64,000 bases of DNA from contig CAJTQV010000008.1 of assembly GCA_910578385.1 (NCBI GenBank), positions 21,271 through 85,270 of the forward strand, read 5' to 3'. This document shows positions 20,136 through 29,930 of this stretch, one piece after another. A program made the position numbers and the translations under genes. The notes under the pieces were generated by a model that saw only the letters and a list, made by a program, of their open reading frames with translations, made no database searches and was not told the DNA's origin. Position 1 is the first letter of the stretch. Each line of letters starts with the position of its first letter. This DNA is from an uncultured Muribaculaceae bacterium (GTDB lineage Bacteria > Bacteroidota > Bacteroidia > Bacteroidales > Muribaculaceae).

Positions 20136-20356
20136 CTCTTGCTTTCTATGGCTTTGAATATGTCTCCTATTGTGCGGCTGCCGCGCATGTCGTCGGCATT
20201 GAGTGTTACTCCGTATTCCTCGTCGGCCATGGCAATGACAGATAGACCTGCTATTGAATCCCAGTCATCAAGTCCGCGAAATTCAGTATCAGCACTCAGA
20301 GCAGATACATCAATATCGTCGAAAATCTCGGCAAACTTTACGATAAACTCTTCCAT
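20132..20356 (-). CDS. Acyl carrier protein
   Basis: 74 aa acidic protein with WDSIAGL motif; ATG at 20356. Confidence 0.85.
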   Translation of the reverse strand: MEEFIVKFAEIFDDIDVSALSADTEFRGLDDWDSIAGLSVIAMADEEYGVTLNADDMRGSRTIGDIFKAIESKR

Positions 20357-20372
20357 GTTATTTTTATATATT

Positions 20373-20999
20373 TTACAGTTTCTTTGCGGGCACACCGAAA
20401 ACGGTCTGTCCCTCCTTGACGCTACGGATAACGAAGCTGCAGGCGCCAACCTTCGCATGGTTTCCAACCGTAACCTTGTGATTGATTACGGCAGATGTGT
20501 GGATTGTCGTCTCATCCTTTATCGTAATACCCCCCACACACGTTACGTGTGTGTCAAGACGATTGTATGATCCGATATGTGCGTCATGTCCTATAACGCT
20601 ATAAGATTGAATCATATTGTAATCACCCAGCACACAATCGGGTCCTATTGTGGTAAAAGCTGCCACTATATTTCCTTTCCCCAACCGCACATTTGTACCG
20701 ATTCTTGCTGTGGAGTGTATGAGATTGATAAATTCAGCACCTTTTGCAGCCAAAGCATCTATGCACTTGCGTCGCGATTCCCCACCTATGGAGAAGGTAA
20801 AGACATCGTCTGCATCAATTTCATAATCTGATACTTTCCCAAGCACCGGAGGATAACCGTCAAAACCGTCGAGCGCGCTGAGGTCATCGTCTAAAAATCC
20901 TTTGATCTGAAACTCAGTTTTGAACCCAAGACATTCAAGAGCAATGTTATACATTGTCCTTCCCATTCCTCCGGCACCAATTATCACAAGATTTTTCAT
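20373..20999 (-). CDS. PglD/NeuD-family hexapeptide-repeat acyltransferase
   Basis: IIGAGG, GFLDD, IGHD, LbH repeats, GVPAK. Confidence 0.88.
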   Translation of the reverse strand: MKNLVIIGAGGMGRTMYNIALECLGFKTEFQIKGFLDDDLSALDGFDGYPPVLGKVSDYEIDADDVFTFSIGGESRRKCIDALAAKGAEFINLIHSTARIGTNVRLGKGNIVAAFTTIGPDCVLGDYNMIQSYSVIGHDAHIGSYNRLDTHVTCVGGITIKDETTIHTSAVINHKVTVGNHAKVGACSFVIRSVKEGQTVFGVPAKKL

Positions 21000-22162
21000 G
21001 AAGTATGCTTATTTTGACTTATACAATCATCAAAGAGATGGGGCATGAAATCATCATAATAAGTTCTGTTTTCGAGATAACATTTTCTGTTATGCCGCTT
21101 CTCTTCCAGACTCAACGGCCGCAACGCCGATTCATCTGCCAAATCGTCTTCGAACGAATAGATTATGTACCCTTTATCCCTGTAATAACCCAGTAGATTG
21201 TTGTCATTACGCAGAAAAACTTTCACTCCATTCTTAAGAAGCTCTATTATATTACCGGAAGCCTCCTGCCTTCTCTGACCGAAGATTGCAACATCAACAT
21301 TATTGATAATCTTGAAATATTCGGCTGCCGGCATGTAGTCGAGTATGGGTTTGAATCTGTCACCGAACATTTTCCTCCCGGCTTTGAGCACTGACTTTCT
21401 TATGGGAGCGGAACCATATGACAGAGGTGCTATTATATCATGGCTGTGATCCGGATCAATCTCATCAAGTCTCTTCAGGACAGTGGTATGGTTTCCGAAG
21501 AGAGATGCCTGATGATTTACCAATATGACCCCGCTTTCGGCACGGTCAAGAGGTGCAAGATTGGTCGGCTCCTGTCCCTTCCGGTTCGACCCGTAAGAAA
21601 AGTACCTGAACTCAATCGGATAGTCATAGTATTTTCTCAGCAGGTCGTAATCCGACTTGTTCCAGAAACAAAAGTAGTCTATATGGGGAAATAAGGATTC
21701 AAAAGCTGCCGGACGGTAATTATGGGTAATCTTGCGGATAAACTTGCTCACACGGTTGGGAGTGAAGTAACATTCCTTGCGAAAGGGTGAAAACGGTTCA
21801 TCCACAAGTTTGTAACCCTTTTCATACCCTATTGTCTCATACAGTTCATATCCCCAAAAAATCCAGTATGTCTTGAATTCAATATTTTGACGGAGATACC
21901 CGAGCAACGTCGGCATATAGTCAACGAGCGCATGAAGGACAATCCTGTCCACACCTCTCTCCCGGCATATTTCCAACAGTCTTGCATGATTTGACCGGTC
22001 ATAGAGGTTCATCACCATAAACCCGGCAGCATCACGGATAATTTTCAGTTTCCCCGTCACGCTATGAATCACGAAGATATTCTCGCCCGGGTAATACTCC
22101 TCGAAGAGGCGTGACGACTGAGTCACAAAATTATGGTCTCTGCAAATGTGTAGCGTCGCCAT
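20996..22162 (-). CDS. WecF-like (GT56, TDP-Fuc4NAc-type) glycosyltransferase
   Basis: WIFWGYELY, NH, PLSYG, RRQEASGNI..LL.NGVKVFL. Confidence 0.72.
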   Translation of the reverse strand: MATLHICRDHNFVTQSSRLFEEYYPGENIFVIHSVTGKLKIIRDAAGFMVMNLYDRSNHARLLEICRERGVDRIVLHALVDYMPTLLGYLRQNIEFKTYWIFWGYELYETIGYEKGYKLVDEPFSPFRKECYFTPNRVSKFIRKITHNYRPAAFESLFPHIDYFCFWNKSDYDLLRKYYDYPIEFRYFSYGSNRKGQEPTNLAPLDRAESGVILVNHQASLFGNHTTVLKRLDEIDPDHSHDIIAPLSYGSAPIRKSVLKAGRKMFGDRFKPILDYMPAAEYFKIINNVDVAIFGQRRQEASGNIIELLKNGVKVFLRNDNNLLGYYRDKGYIIYSFEDDLADESALRPLSLEEKRHNRKCYLENRTYYDDFMPHLFDDCISQNKHTS

Positions 22163-23414
22163 TCTTAAGTCTTATTTTCTTTTTTCGCGGTGTGTTATGC
22201 CACAGCGTCAGCACCGGCATCGCAAGCATGAACAGATACATCCACATCTCCTTGGTTGGATAATCACGAATCATGTTTGCAACAAGATATATTATAAGGA
22301 AGCCCCAGGCTCTGGGAGAACGGTAGTGATATGTATAGACAAAAATGAACAGAAGAATCATTGCACATCCGATATATCCACGCAAATAGAAATATCGCTT
22401 GTACCCTGCTGTTCCTACCGTGACGTTGTCGGCATTGTCGGACCGTGAGCCGTATGCTGATTTGCCGACACCCATCCATACCTTATCCGTGTTGATGAAC
22501 TTTGCATATGACAGGTCAAAGAAGCGGGAGGTACGGTTATTTCCGGCAATGTCACCATCCTCCGTAATCTCCAGTCGCGAAACAATACCACGGTTGAGCG
22601 AGTTTTCACCTCCATTGTAAAATGTAGCTCCGATACCCACACCGATAAAGACAGCTACCATCGCCACCAGTGACCAGTATTTACGTTTCTGCCACAGAAC
22701 GATGATCACACCACCTACCATAAGGCCGTATGCTGCCAACGATATTGACATCAGCAGTGAAACAAGCATTATGATGTTACGGAATTTCTTGAGATTGAAA
22801 TTATCGATATAGAGCAGAAAAGCGCACATCGTACCGAGGTGTCCCGGTTCGAGGAACGGCCCGGCAAACCGATAGAGGTCGAGCGGACTGTTCATCGCGA
22901 ACGTATTGAACACATAGTAGATTTTGTGCATATAGAACCTGTCGGAAGTATCCTGATAATTCGGGAGGTCTACCCCGCACAAGAAGACAATCCATCCCGC
23001 CATAGCTATTGTCAGGATGCAGACTATTGCCCATGTAAAAACTTTGAGCACATACTCCTTGTGTCGCAGCGGAGCCTGCAGAATCACGAGTCCTCCCAGA
23101 AGACTGACCACTGTACAGAACATGAGTGGCACAGAGAGATCATTAAGCCACATGCGGTCGTACATAAGTATCAGCACCCACATAAAGAACGAGAACATCT
23201 TGAAGCCGGTAAACTCACGGAACTGACGGTAATTCTTGACAATATAAAAACCTATCAGCAGGAGTGCTACACCATATATCATCACCTCGGAAATGAAGCG
23301 GACATACAGTATGCGCTGCGACCGGAACATCATAAGTATGATTCCGATTGCCAGACACACCACGTCACCCGTGGCCTTGTAGCTGTTTTCTGCCTTTGCC
23401 GACTTACTTGCCAT
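22131..23414 (-). CDS. wzy: Wzy polysaccharide polymerase
   Basis: About 10-11 TMs, RFAGPFLEPG motif, position in the locus. Confidence 0.7.
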   Translation of the reverse strand: MASKSAKAENSYKATGDVVCLAIGIILMMFRSQRILYVRFISEVMIYGVALLLIGFYIVKNYRQFREFTGFKMFSFFMWVLILMYDRMWLNDLSVPLMFCTVVSLLGGLVILQAPLRHKEYVLKVFTWAIVCILTIAMAGWIVFLCGVDLPNYQDTSDRFYMHKIYYVFNTFAMNSPLDLYRFAGPFLEPGHLGTMCAFLLYIDNFNLKKFRNIIMLVSLLMSISLAAYGLMVGGVIIVLWQKRKYWSLVAMVAVFIGVGIGATFYNGGENSLNRGIVSRLEITEDGDIAGNNRTSRFFDLSYAKFINTDKVWMGVGKSAYGSRSDNADNVTVGTAGYKRYFYLRGYIGCAMILLFIFVYTYHYRSPRAWGFLIIYLVANMIRDYPTKEMWMYLFMLAMPVLTLWHNTPRKKKIRLKNGDATHLQRP

Positions 23415-24588
23415 CTGCAAAAAGATATTTGTAAAGAGCCTTTATCAGAGGTTTGTGTATGTCTCCGTAACCATCAATCTCCGCTGAAGTGGCTCCTGCT
23501 GAAAGAACTACAAAACCGATCTTCTTCTCCGGATCGAAAATCATGCACGTCTTGACTCCGCCTCCGCCTCCGGTCTGACCGTGAAGCACCGCCCCCGGTA
23601 CCAGTCCTTCATACTGCCGGTATGACAGGCCATAGTTGGAGGAGCCGACATAGTTCTTCTGCATCTGCTGCTCACTTTTCTTCGATATGACACGCGTGCC
23701 GCCAAGCTGGCCATAATTCATGTGCATCATCATGTACCGGGCAAGGTCTGCGGCAGTTATCTTCATACCTGCCGCAGGATACTCCAGACTGAGATTCTCA
23801 CCAAGCACATACTTGGCCGGTTCGAGCTGCGGATACTGCCGGTAGAAGTAGTCGTTAATCATCCGTTTTTTCTTGGACTCATCGTAATAATAGTAGTCCA
23901 CGAACTTCGTTTTGTCAAGTTTATTGGAATTGAAACTGCCACCGAGTCCCAGTGGTTCCATGATAAACTCATCGACCACACTGTCAAAACGTTTCCCTGT
24001 CACACCCTCGATCACACCTGCAAGCAACGTATAGTTGAGGTTGCAATACTCATAATGCCGTCCGGGCACGTTGTCGGTATAGCTCTTGGAGTATTCCTTA
24101 TCTTTTGAGGGGTTTATATAATCTATATTCCACCATCCGTGCGAATCGGTGATACCTGATGTGTGGGTCAACAGATGCTTTATGGTAATCTTCTTGTCAG
24201 GGCTGTTGGGATTACGCAGTCGGAAGCCGAGATATTTCTGGGCATCCTCATCAAGTTTAAGTTTCTTTTCATCCACAAGCCGCATTATTGCAGTGGCTAT
24301 AAAGGTTTTCGACACAGAAGCGAGGGCAAAAAGATCATCCTCCTGAAGTGTATCAGGTGTGACACCCTCCTCAGGTGGCACCCGGTAGCCCATTGCCTTC
24401 TGATAGATAATCGAGTCGCCGCTGACCACAGCCACTGCCAGACCGGTCATCTTTCGGTCATCGAATACTTTCTGTATCTCTTCCTCCAGTCCGGCCGGTG
24501 CACCCTGACCGAATATATGCATGGCAAACGGCCCGAGAGAGAGAGCCACCAACACCATGAGGAGCGTTATCTTATTTCTCAGTTTCAT
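23404..24588 (-). CDS. Exported serine hydrolase (beta-lactamase class C / PBP-like)
   Basis: N-terminal signal/TM; SVSK (SxxK), LLTHTSG, YCN, QTGG. Confidence 0.85.
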   Translation of the reverse strand: MKLRNKITLLMVLVALSLGPFAMHIFGQGAPAGLEEEIQKVFDDRKMTGLAVAVVSGDSIIYQKAMGYRVPPEEGVTPDTLQEDDLFALASVSKTFIATAIMRLVDEKKLKLDEDAQKYLGFRLRNPNSPDKKITIKHLLTHTSGITDSHGWWNIDYINPSKDKEYSKSYTDNVPGRHYEYCNLNYTLLAGVIEGVTGKRFDSVVDEFIMEPLGLGGSFNSNKLDKTKFVDYYYYDESKKKRMINDYFYRQYPQLEPAKYVLGENLSLEYPAAGMKITAADLARYMMMHMNYGQLGGTRVISKKSEQQMQKNYVGSSNYGLSYRQYEGLVPGAVLHGQTGGGGGVKTCMIFDPEKKIGFVVLSAGATSAEIDGYGDIHKPLIKALYKYLFADGK

Positions 24589-25183
24589 ATTGTTTCTTCA
24601 GCGTCTTGACCTTGCGGGCAAAGTTTTTGAGTGAATATTCCCCACGCTCCATCATGTCGTAGTAATCCTCGCGAAGCAGTGAATACACACACTGGTCATG
24701 ATATTTGCCATCCTTATAGACAGCCTGACGGGCATAACCTTCGAACTTGTAACCGGTAGCCTCCATAACAATCCGTGATGTGGTGTGCTCGCGCAGACAA
24801 CGACCTACGTAGCGGTTCATATTGAGCTGGTCGAACACAAGTTCGCGGATGAGCATCCCCAGCTCGTAGCGGGCTGTCCCATCCTGGTACCTGCGGTCAA
24901 GCACCACTCCACCGCCGTCGGCAGTCCGGCTCACGTAATCTATGTTGTTGACCGATACATACCCAATCATGGTATCATCGCTTTTCAGACAGATTGCAAG
25001 ATAGATATCATGACGGTTCTCCATCATCTTACGCTTTACCCACTCGCGCTCTATGGCCTCGGGAACATAACGGAAAGGCGCACTGACCAAAGCCTGTATA
25101 TCCCGGTCGTTGCGCCATCTGTTGATCTGTTCGGTGTCAGATTCCTTGAATCCGCGAAAATATATTGTGTATTCCTGTTTCAT
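24572..25183 (-). CDS. GNAT (RimJ/RimL-like) N-acyltransferase
   Basis: WRND, MIGYV, FDQLNMNR, GYKFEGYARQAVYKDGKYHD. Confidence 0.82.
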   Translation of the reverse strand: MKQEYTIYFRGFKESDTEQINRWRNDRDIQALVSAPFRYVPEAIEREWVKRKMMENRHDIYLAICLKSDDTMIGYVSVNNIDYVSRTADGGGVVLDRRYQDGTARYELGMLIRELVFDQLNMNRYVGRCLREHTTSRIVMEATGYKFEGYARQAVYKDGKYHDQCVYSLLREDYYDMMERGEYSLKNFARKVKTLKKQYETEK

Positions 25184-26154
25184 TTTTTTGTAGTCTTTTC
25201 AAGCGCATCTGTTACGATACCGACAATCGTCTGCATATCCTCTTCCCCGTAACGCTGGTCTATAGGCAACGGCAGAAGATACTTTGCAAGCGAATATTCA
25301 CATGTGTCTGCTCCGCAAGTTTCAAGCACATTAGGCCAGTAGGTCGGAACAAAGACATGATTATTGATGAGCCGCTTCCTGAGACAATCATCCTTGACGT
25401 ATAAAGGATATGCCAAAGGCACGGCATTCTCAGGAAGCTCCATATCGCTCAGTTCATTCAGGCCTGCCAGTCGCTCGTGGAGGTATTGGTAGTTAGCAAT
25501 ACGCTTACTCTTTACAAACGGATAATCGGCACCTTGCAGTATTCGCCGGGTCAATTCCGACATCCGTTTTGCATTCTGGCCGCAGAGTTCCTCCTCGGAG
25601 TTCTGAAAGTCGGCATAGGCCGCACCTGCGTCAAGGTCGATGCGTTTGAGCTGCGGCAAGATCCTTATGCATGATACATCCTGCTCCTCGGGAAGATTTG
25701 TGATTGCGCCGCTGTACATGTAGCCGCCGTCGGAGACACCGAAAAATTTACGTGGAGAATAGATTGTATCAATGCCATCGACCGGCTTTTCATAGAATGC
25801 CTGAGCGTTATCAACAATCAGCTTATTGCCGTATGTAGAGACAAGTCTCCTGACCATCTCCCTTTTTATACCGAAATAATCGGTATAAAGAACTGCCTCA
25901 CATTCCTTAACCTCCGGATAAGTCGCCGGATTCAGAGACTCATCAATGTGATAGAAGATATATTCAACTCCACGGCGGTCAAGCTCATCAATCATTACCT
26001 GACAGCTGTAGTAGGGAAGATACACTTTACGGATGGAACGGGCCGTGAGTATCTCTCCGAAACATGCACGCGCACTGTTCAGACGCATGGCACCGCTGTG
26101 GTATTCCTCTCCACGGGGCAGTTCCAGACAGGGGTATCCTCCGATATCTTTCAT
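25180..26154 (-). CDS. Divergent DegT-like PLP-dependent protein
   Basis: IVDNAQAF, YSPRKFFGVSDGG, LPLPIDQRY; ATGA overlap with the upstream gene. Confidence 0.65.
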   Translation of the reverse strand: MKDIGGYPCLELPRGEEYHSGAMRLNSARACFGEILTARSIRKVYLPYYSCQVMIDELDRRGVEYIFYHIDESLNPATYPEVKECEAVLYTDYFGIKREMVRRLVSTYGNKLIVDNAQAFYEKPVDGIDTIYSPRKFFGVSDGGYMYSGAITNLPEEQDVSCIRILPQLKRIDLDAGAAYADFQNSEEELCGQNAKRMSELTRRILQGADYPFVKSKRIANYQYLHERLAGLNELSDMELPENAVPLAYPLYVKDDCLRKRLINNHVFVPTYWPNVLETCGADTCEYSLAKYLLPLPIDQRYGEEDMQTIVGIVTDALEKTTKK

Positions 26155-27362
26155 TCGGTTACAATCTTGCACCATGACGGAATATCAGCCATGGCATCTT
26201 CAAGTTCTTCTCGTGTATCGAAACGCAGCACAAGCGTCCCGACCGCATTGTTAGCTCCTTTGAAACCGCAGACTTTATCTCCGGGTTTTACCCAGAGATC
26301 TGTTTCAATAACCGCCTTCTGTTTTCCATCCTCTACCTCAAGCGACCTGAAAACTCCGTCGCTCGAAGCATGTAGTATGACCTCGGCAAGGTATCCTCTG
26401 TATTGCGGGTCGGCAATCTTACCCGTCTCCTCCCCGAGAGCATCGAGCACTGCATTGCGTATCAGATCTGTCCCTGAAGCTATGCGCAACATCTCCGCGA
26501 GTCTGTTGCCTCCTCCACGGGGAGACATCTCCATTATGTATGCCTTGCCGTTCTTGGCAACGCGTGTCTCTACATTATAGATTCCGGTTCTCAGCCCGAG
26601 AAGATTTACAAGTCTCTGCAATTCAGAGCGCAGTTCCTGTTGTGCCCAATCGGGCATGGTAGGTGGCCAGCTATATGCTGACGGCGTGAATGGATTCTCC
26701 GCCCGGGGGTCAAACCTCTGGTCGGAGAATGAGCAGAACATGAGTTTTCCGTCTACAGTAAAGCATTCCGAGTCGGATGAATGACCAGCTGCTTCCAGAA
26801 ACTCCTCTACTATTATCCGGCCGTTGTGCGATTCCTCGGCCGCATATCCGACAGCCGCAGCAAGTTCGTCTGCATTGTCTACACGCGAGACACCCTTGCT
26901 TCCGGCTGAATCCACCGGTTTGACAATTACTGGATAGGGCAGCTCGCCAGCCTTTTTCATTACCCCGGCAGCATTGTTGAAGAAAAATGCTCCGGGAACA
27001 TTGAAACCATGCTCGGCAAGAAATCGACGGAACAAATCCTTGTTCTGAAGTATTCTGACAGATTCATAGCTCCCCTGAAAATTGAGTCCGAGCTGCTCCG
27101 CCACATACGAAGCTGTCTCAACACCCGGGTCTACGGCAAAAGACATTATACCGTCGGCGTTGAGTTCTTTTGCTGTCGCGAGTGCCGCCTCTTTGTCCAT
27201 CACACTGACATTACGGAATTCATCAGAATACCTGTGTGCGATATTGCCCGGCAGGTAGTCGCACGTCACGACACGATGCCCCATGCTGTGAGCAGCCTCT
27301 ATGACTGGAAGAAGGTAACGCAGCCCCCCCAGCAGCATCAATGTTTTGCCAGATTCTCTCAT
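26151..27362 (-). CDS. ATP-grasp ligase
   Basis: YPVIVKPVDSAGSKGV, IVEEFL, MEMSPRGGG. Confidence 0.87.
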   Translation of the reverse strand: MRESGKTLMLLGGLRYLLPVIEAAHSMGHRVVTCDYLPGNIAHRYSDEFRNVSVMDKEAALATAKELNADGIMSFAVDPGVETASYVAEQLGLNFQGSYESVRILQNKDLFRRFLAEHGFNVPGAFFFNNAAGVMKKAGELPYPVIVKPVDSAGSKGVSRVDNADELAAAVGYAAEESHNGRIIVEEFLEAAGHSSDSECFTVDGKLMFCSFSDQRFDPRAENPFTPSAYSWPPTMPDWAQQELRSELQRLVNLLGLRTGIYNVETRVAKNGKAYIMEMSPRGGGNRLAEMLRIASGTDLIRNAVLDALGEETGKIADPQYRGYLAEVILHASSDGVFRSLEVEDGKQKAVIETDLWVKPGDKVCGFKGANNAVGTLVLRFDTREELEDAMADIPSWCKIVTE

Positions 27363-28477
27363 TTACGAAGTATGTTTATAACCCGTTCAAGGTCACTTTC
27401 GGTCAGCGCGTGGTGCATGGGCAGACATATCACCGACTGCGCTATGCGGTGCGCGTTCGGAAGGTTCTCACGGCTTGCCGATGAGAGTCCGCGATATGTC
27501 GTGAACTCTGAAATCAACGGGTAGAAGTAACGACGCCCCATCACGTTCTGCTCCTTCATCTTCTCATAGACTTCGTCACGGCTTGAGCCATATTTCTCCG
27601 CGTCTATAAAAATCGGGAAATAACTGTAGTTGTGGCGCACTCCGTTGATATCGTCGAAGAATGTCAATCCTTCCGTGCCACGTAGAGCTTCCCGGTAGGT
27701 CTTGGCAGCCTTACGGCGCGCCTCGATTGCTGAATCAACCTGCCGGAGATTCAATAGCCCGTATGCCGAACGAATCTCGTCCATCTTCGAGTTAATGCCA
27801 GGAGCCACGACCTCGGTCTCGCTCGCGAATCCGAAATTCTTCAGGTAATCTATCCTGCGCTTGGTCTCCTCATCGTGCATTACAAGAGCACCACCCTCGA
27901 TAGTATTGTAGACCTTTGTCGCATGGAACGAAAGGGTCGAGACATCGCCGGCATTCAACACAGACTTGCCGTTGACCTCAACACCGAAAGCATGGGCCGC
28001 GTCGTAAATGACTTTCAGACCATATTTGTCTGCAATCTCCTGGATTCGCTCTGTGTCACAGGGTGTCCCGTACACATGCACCGGCATTATAGCTGTTGTC
28101 TTCGGAGTTATGGCTGCCTCGATGCGGTCGGGATCAAGATTTCCGGTCTTGGCATCGACATCGACAAAAACCGGTTTTATACCGTTCCACCACAGCGAAT
28201 GGGTAGTGGCCACGAAACTATATGGGGTCGTTATAACCTCACCTGTCACACGAAGAGCCTGCAACGAGGTTATGAGTGGCAGTGTACCGTTGGTAAACAA
28301 GCTGATGTACGGAACCTTGAGATATTCACAAAGTTCTTTCTCAAGTTGTCGGTGAAATGAACCATTATTGGTTATCCACTTGCTGTCCCATATTTGGCTC
28401 AGCATTCCGTTGAACTCCTCCAGGCTCGGCAGCAACGGAGAAGTGACGGTTATCTTGGATTTGTTTTCGGTAGCCAT
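27359..28477 (-). CDS. VioA-like dTDP-4-keto-6-deoxyhexose aminotransferase (DegT family)
   Basis: TPYSFVAT, YDAAHAFG, SFHATKVYNTIEGG, GINSKMDE, RRYFYP. Confidence 0.88.
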   Translation of the reverse strand: MATENKSKITVTSPLLPSLEEFNGMLSQIWDSKWITNNGSFHRQLEKELCEYLKVPYISLFTNGTLPLITSLQALRVTGEVITTPYSFVATTHSLWWNGIKPVFVDVDAKTGNLDPDRIEAAITPKTTAIMPVHVYGTPCDTERIQEIADKYGLKVIYDAAHAFGVEVNGKSVLNAGDVSTLSFHATKVYNTIEGGALVMHDEETKRRIDYLKNFGFASETEVVAPGINSKMDEIRSAYGLLNLRQVDSAIEARRKAAKTYREALRGTEGLTFFDDINGVRHNYSYFPIFIDAEKYGSSRDEVYEKMKEQNVMGRRYFYPLISEFTTYRGLSSASRENLPNAHRIAQSVICLPMHHALTESDLERVINILRK

Positions 28478-28481
28478 AATT

Positions 28482-29918
28482 CTATTCTTTAGTTTTGACG
28501 AATGCGACCAGCTCCCTCAGATCTTTCGATCCGGTCAGCTTGGTCACAATCGAATAATACGCCACACCTATTGCGGTCCCGCCCAACAGCTGCAACCATT
28601 CGGCATGCATGAATTGGCTGGAACACCATACTACTGCCCCCATGCTGAAAGAATACAGTATGGTAGGCGTTATATCGCGCATCTGCTTCAGGAAACCGAC
28701 ACCTATCAGTTTCCCGGTATAATGGGTATTTATAACCAGACTGACAATATTCCCGGCAATCGATCCGAAACACATGGCTATCAGTCCGAACGGAATCGTG
28801 GCGCACACAATTGCGACACCGATAAGTTTCTTCCAGACTTCAAGCCGCAGATAAAGGTCACTTCTTCCCTTGACCTGCAGAAGATTCAGATTGATGGCGT
28901 GAATAGGATACCACACCATCGCGAAACATATTATCTGAAGAAGCGTGGCTGCAAAAAGCCATTGCTCCTTGAGGAATATCAGCACAAAAGGCTTGGCAAG
29001 TGCCGCCAGCCCCATCATGAGGGGAAATATCACAAAAGCACTCAGCCGCAGAAAACGACGGTAAACCTCTCTCAGCCGGTCATCGTCATCCTGAATTGTA
29101 CACAGCACCGGATAGGTCACCCTCTGGAGTATGATCGTGAGATTGGACGATGGAAACTCAGCGAACTGATGCGCCCTCGTATAATATCCGAGATCCGATG
29201 CCTTGAACACCTTACCGATAAGCAGCAGGTAGAGATTGTTGTAGAGTGTGTTGATGATACCACTCAACGCAAGCCTCGACCCGAACCCGAACAATTCCCT
29301 GAACGATGCCCATGAATACGTCATGCTGGGTCGCCAGTGCGACAGCACCCAGAGCATGACCATGTTGACAGCGAGGTTGGATATCTGGAACCAGACTATC
29401 GACCATACGCCGAACCCCGCGTAGGCCATATAGATACCAACCCCTCCTGATATTATTGCAGCCGTAAACGATGCCTTCGCCTGAGTCTTGAAGTCAATCC
29501 TCACAGTCAGCAGCGCCCGCTGCACTACAACCAGAGAATTGATGACCACACTCAGCGATATGAGCCGCATCATGGGGCACAATATCGGTTCGTCGTAGAA
29601 GCGGGCAATCAACGGCGCGCTTACAAACAGCAACAGATACAGGATCAGGCCTACTCCGATATTGAAGAAAAATACCGTGGAGTTGTCTACCTCGCTCCGG
29701 TCCTGCTTGCGGATGAGTGCCTGCGAGAAGCCGCTGTCAACAAGCGACTGCGATACCGATATGAAGATGGAGAGCATACCGACAAGACCGTAATCGGCCG
29801 GTGTCAGTATGCGCGCCATGACAATCATCACGGCAAACTGGATGAACTGGACAGAAAAGCGCTCTATCGAGCTCCAGAGTGTCCCCTTGGCAGTCTTATG
29901 CTTCAGCGACTCCCCCAT
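28482..29918 (-). CDS. wzx: Wzx flippase
   Basis: ARILTPADYGLVGM, DSGFSQALIRK, GYYTRA; many TMs. Confidence 0.9.
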   Translation of the reverse strand: MGESLKHKTAKGTLWSSIERFSVQFIQFAVMIVMARILTPADYGLVGMLSIFISVSQSLVDSGFSQALIRKQDRSEVDNSTVFFFNIGVGLILYLLLFVSAPLIARFYDEPILCPMMRLISLSVVINSLVVVQRALLTVRIDFKTQAKASFTAAIISGGVGIYMAYAGFGVWSIVWFQISNLAVNMVMLWVLSHWRPSMTYSWASFRELFGFGSRLALSGIINTLYNNLYLLLIGKVFKASDLGYYTRAHQFAEFPSSNLTIILQRVTYPVLCTIQDDDDRLREVYRRFLRLSAFVIFPLMMGLAALAKPFVLIFLKEQWLFAATLLQIICFAMVWYPIHAINLNLLQVKGRSDLYLRLEVWKKLIGVAIVCATIPFGLIAMCFGSIAGNIVSLVINTHYTGKLIGVGFLKQMRDITPTILYSFSMGAVVWCSSQFMHAEWLQLLGGTAIGVAYYSIVTKLTGSKDLRELVAFVKTKE

Positions 29919-29930
29919 AAGGGCGAATAA

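Noticed and set aside
15809..20356. Independent PKS/NRPS secondary-metabolite cluster
   Set aside because: No elongating KS or condensation domain; the genes are embedded in a wzx/wzy operon.
12541..24588. Antibiotic-resistance beta-lactamases (MBL at 12541, serine hydrolase at 23404)
   Set aside because: Only fold-level motifs; the MBL lacks a signal peptide, and the context points to glycan tailoring.
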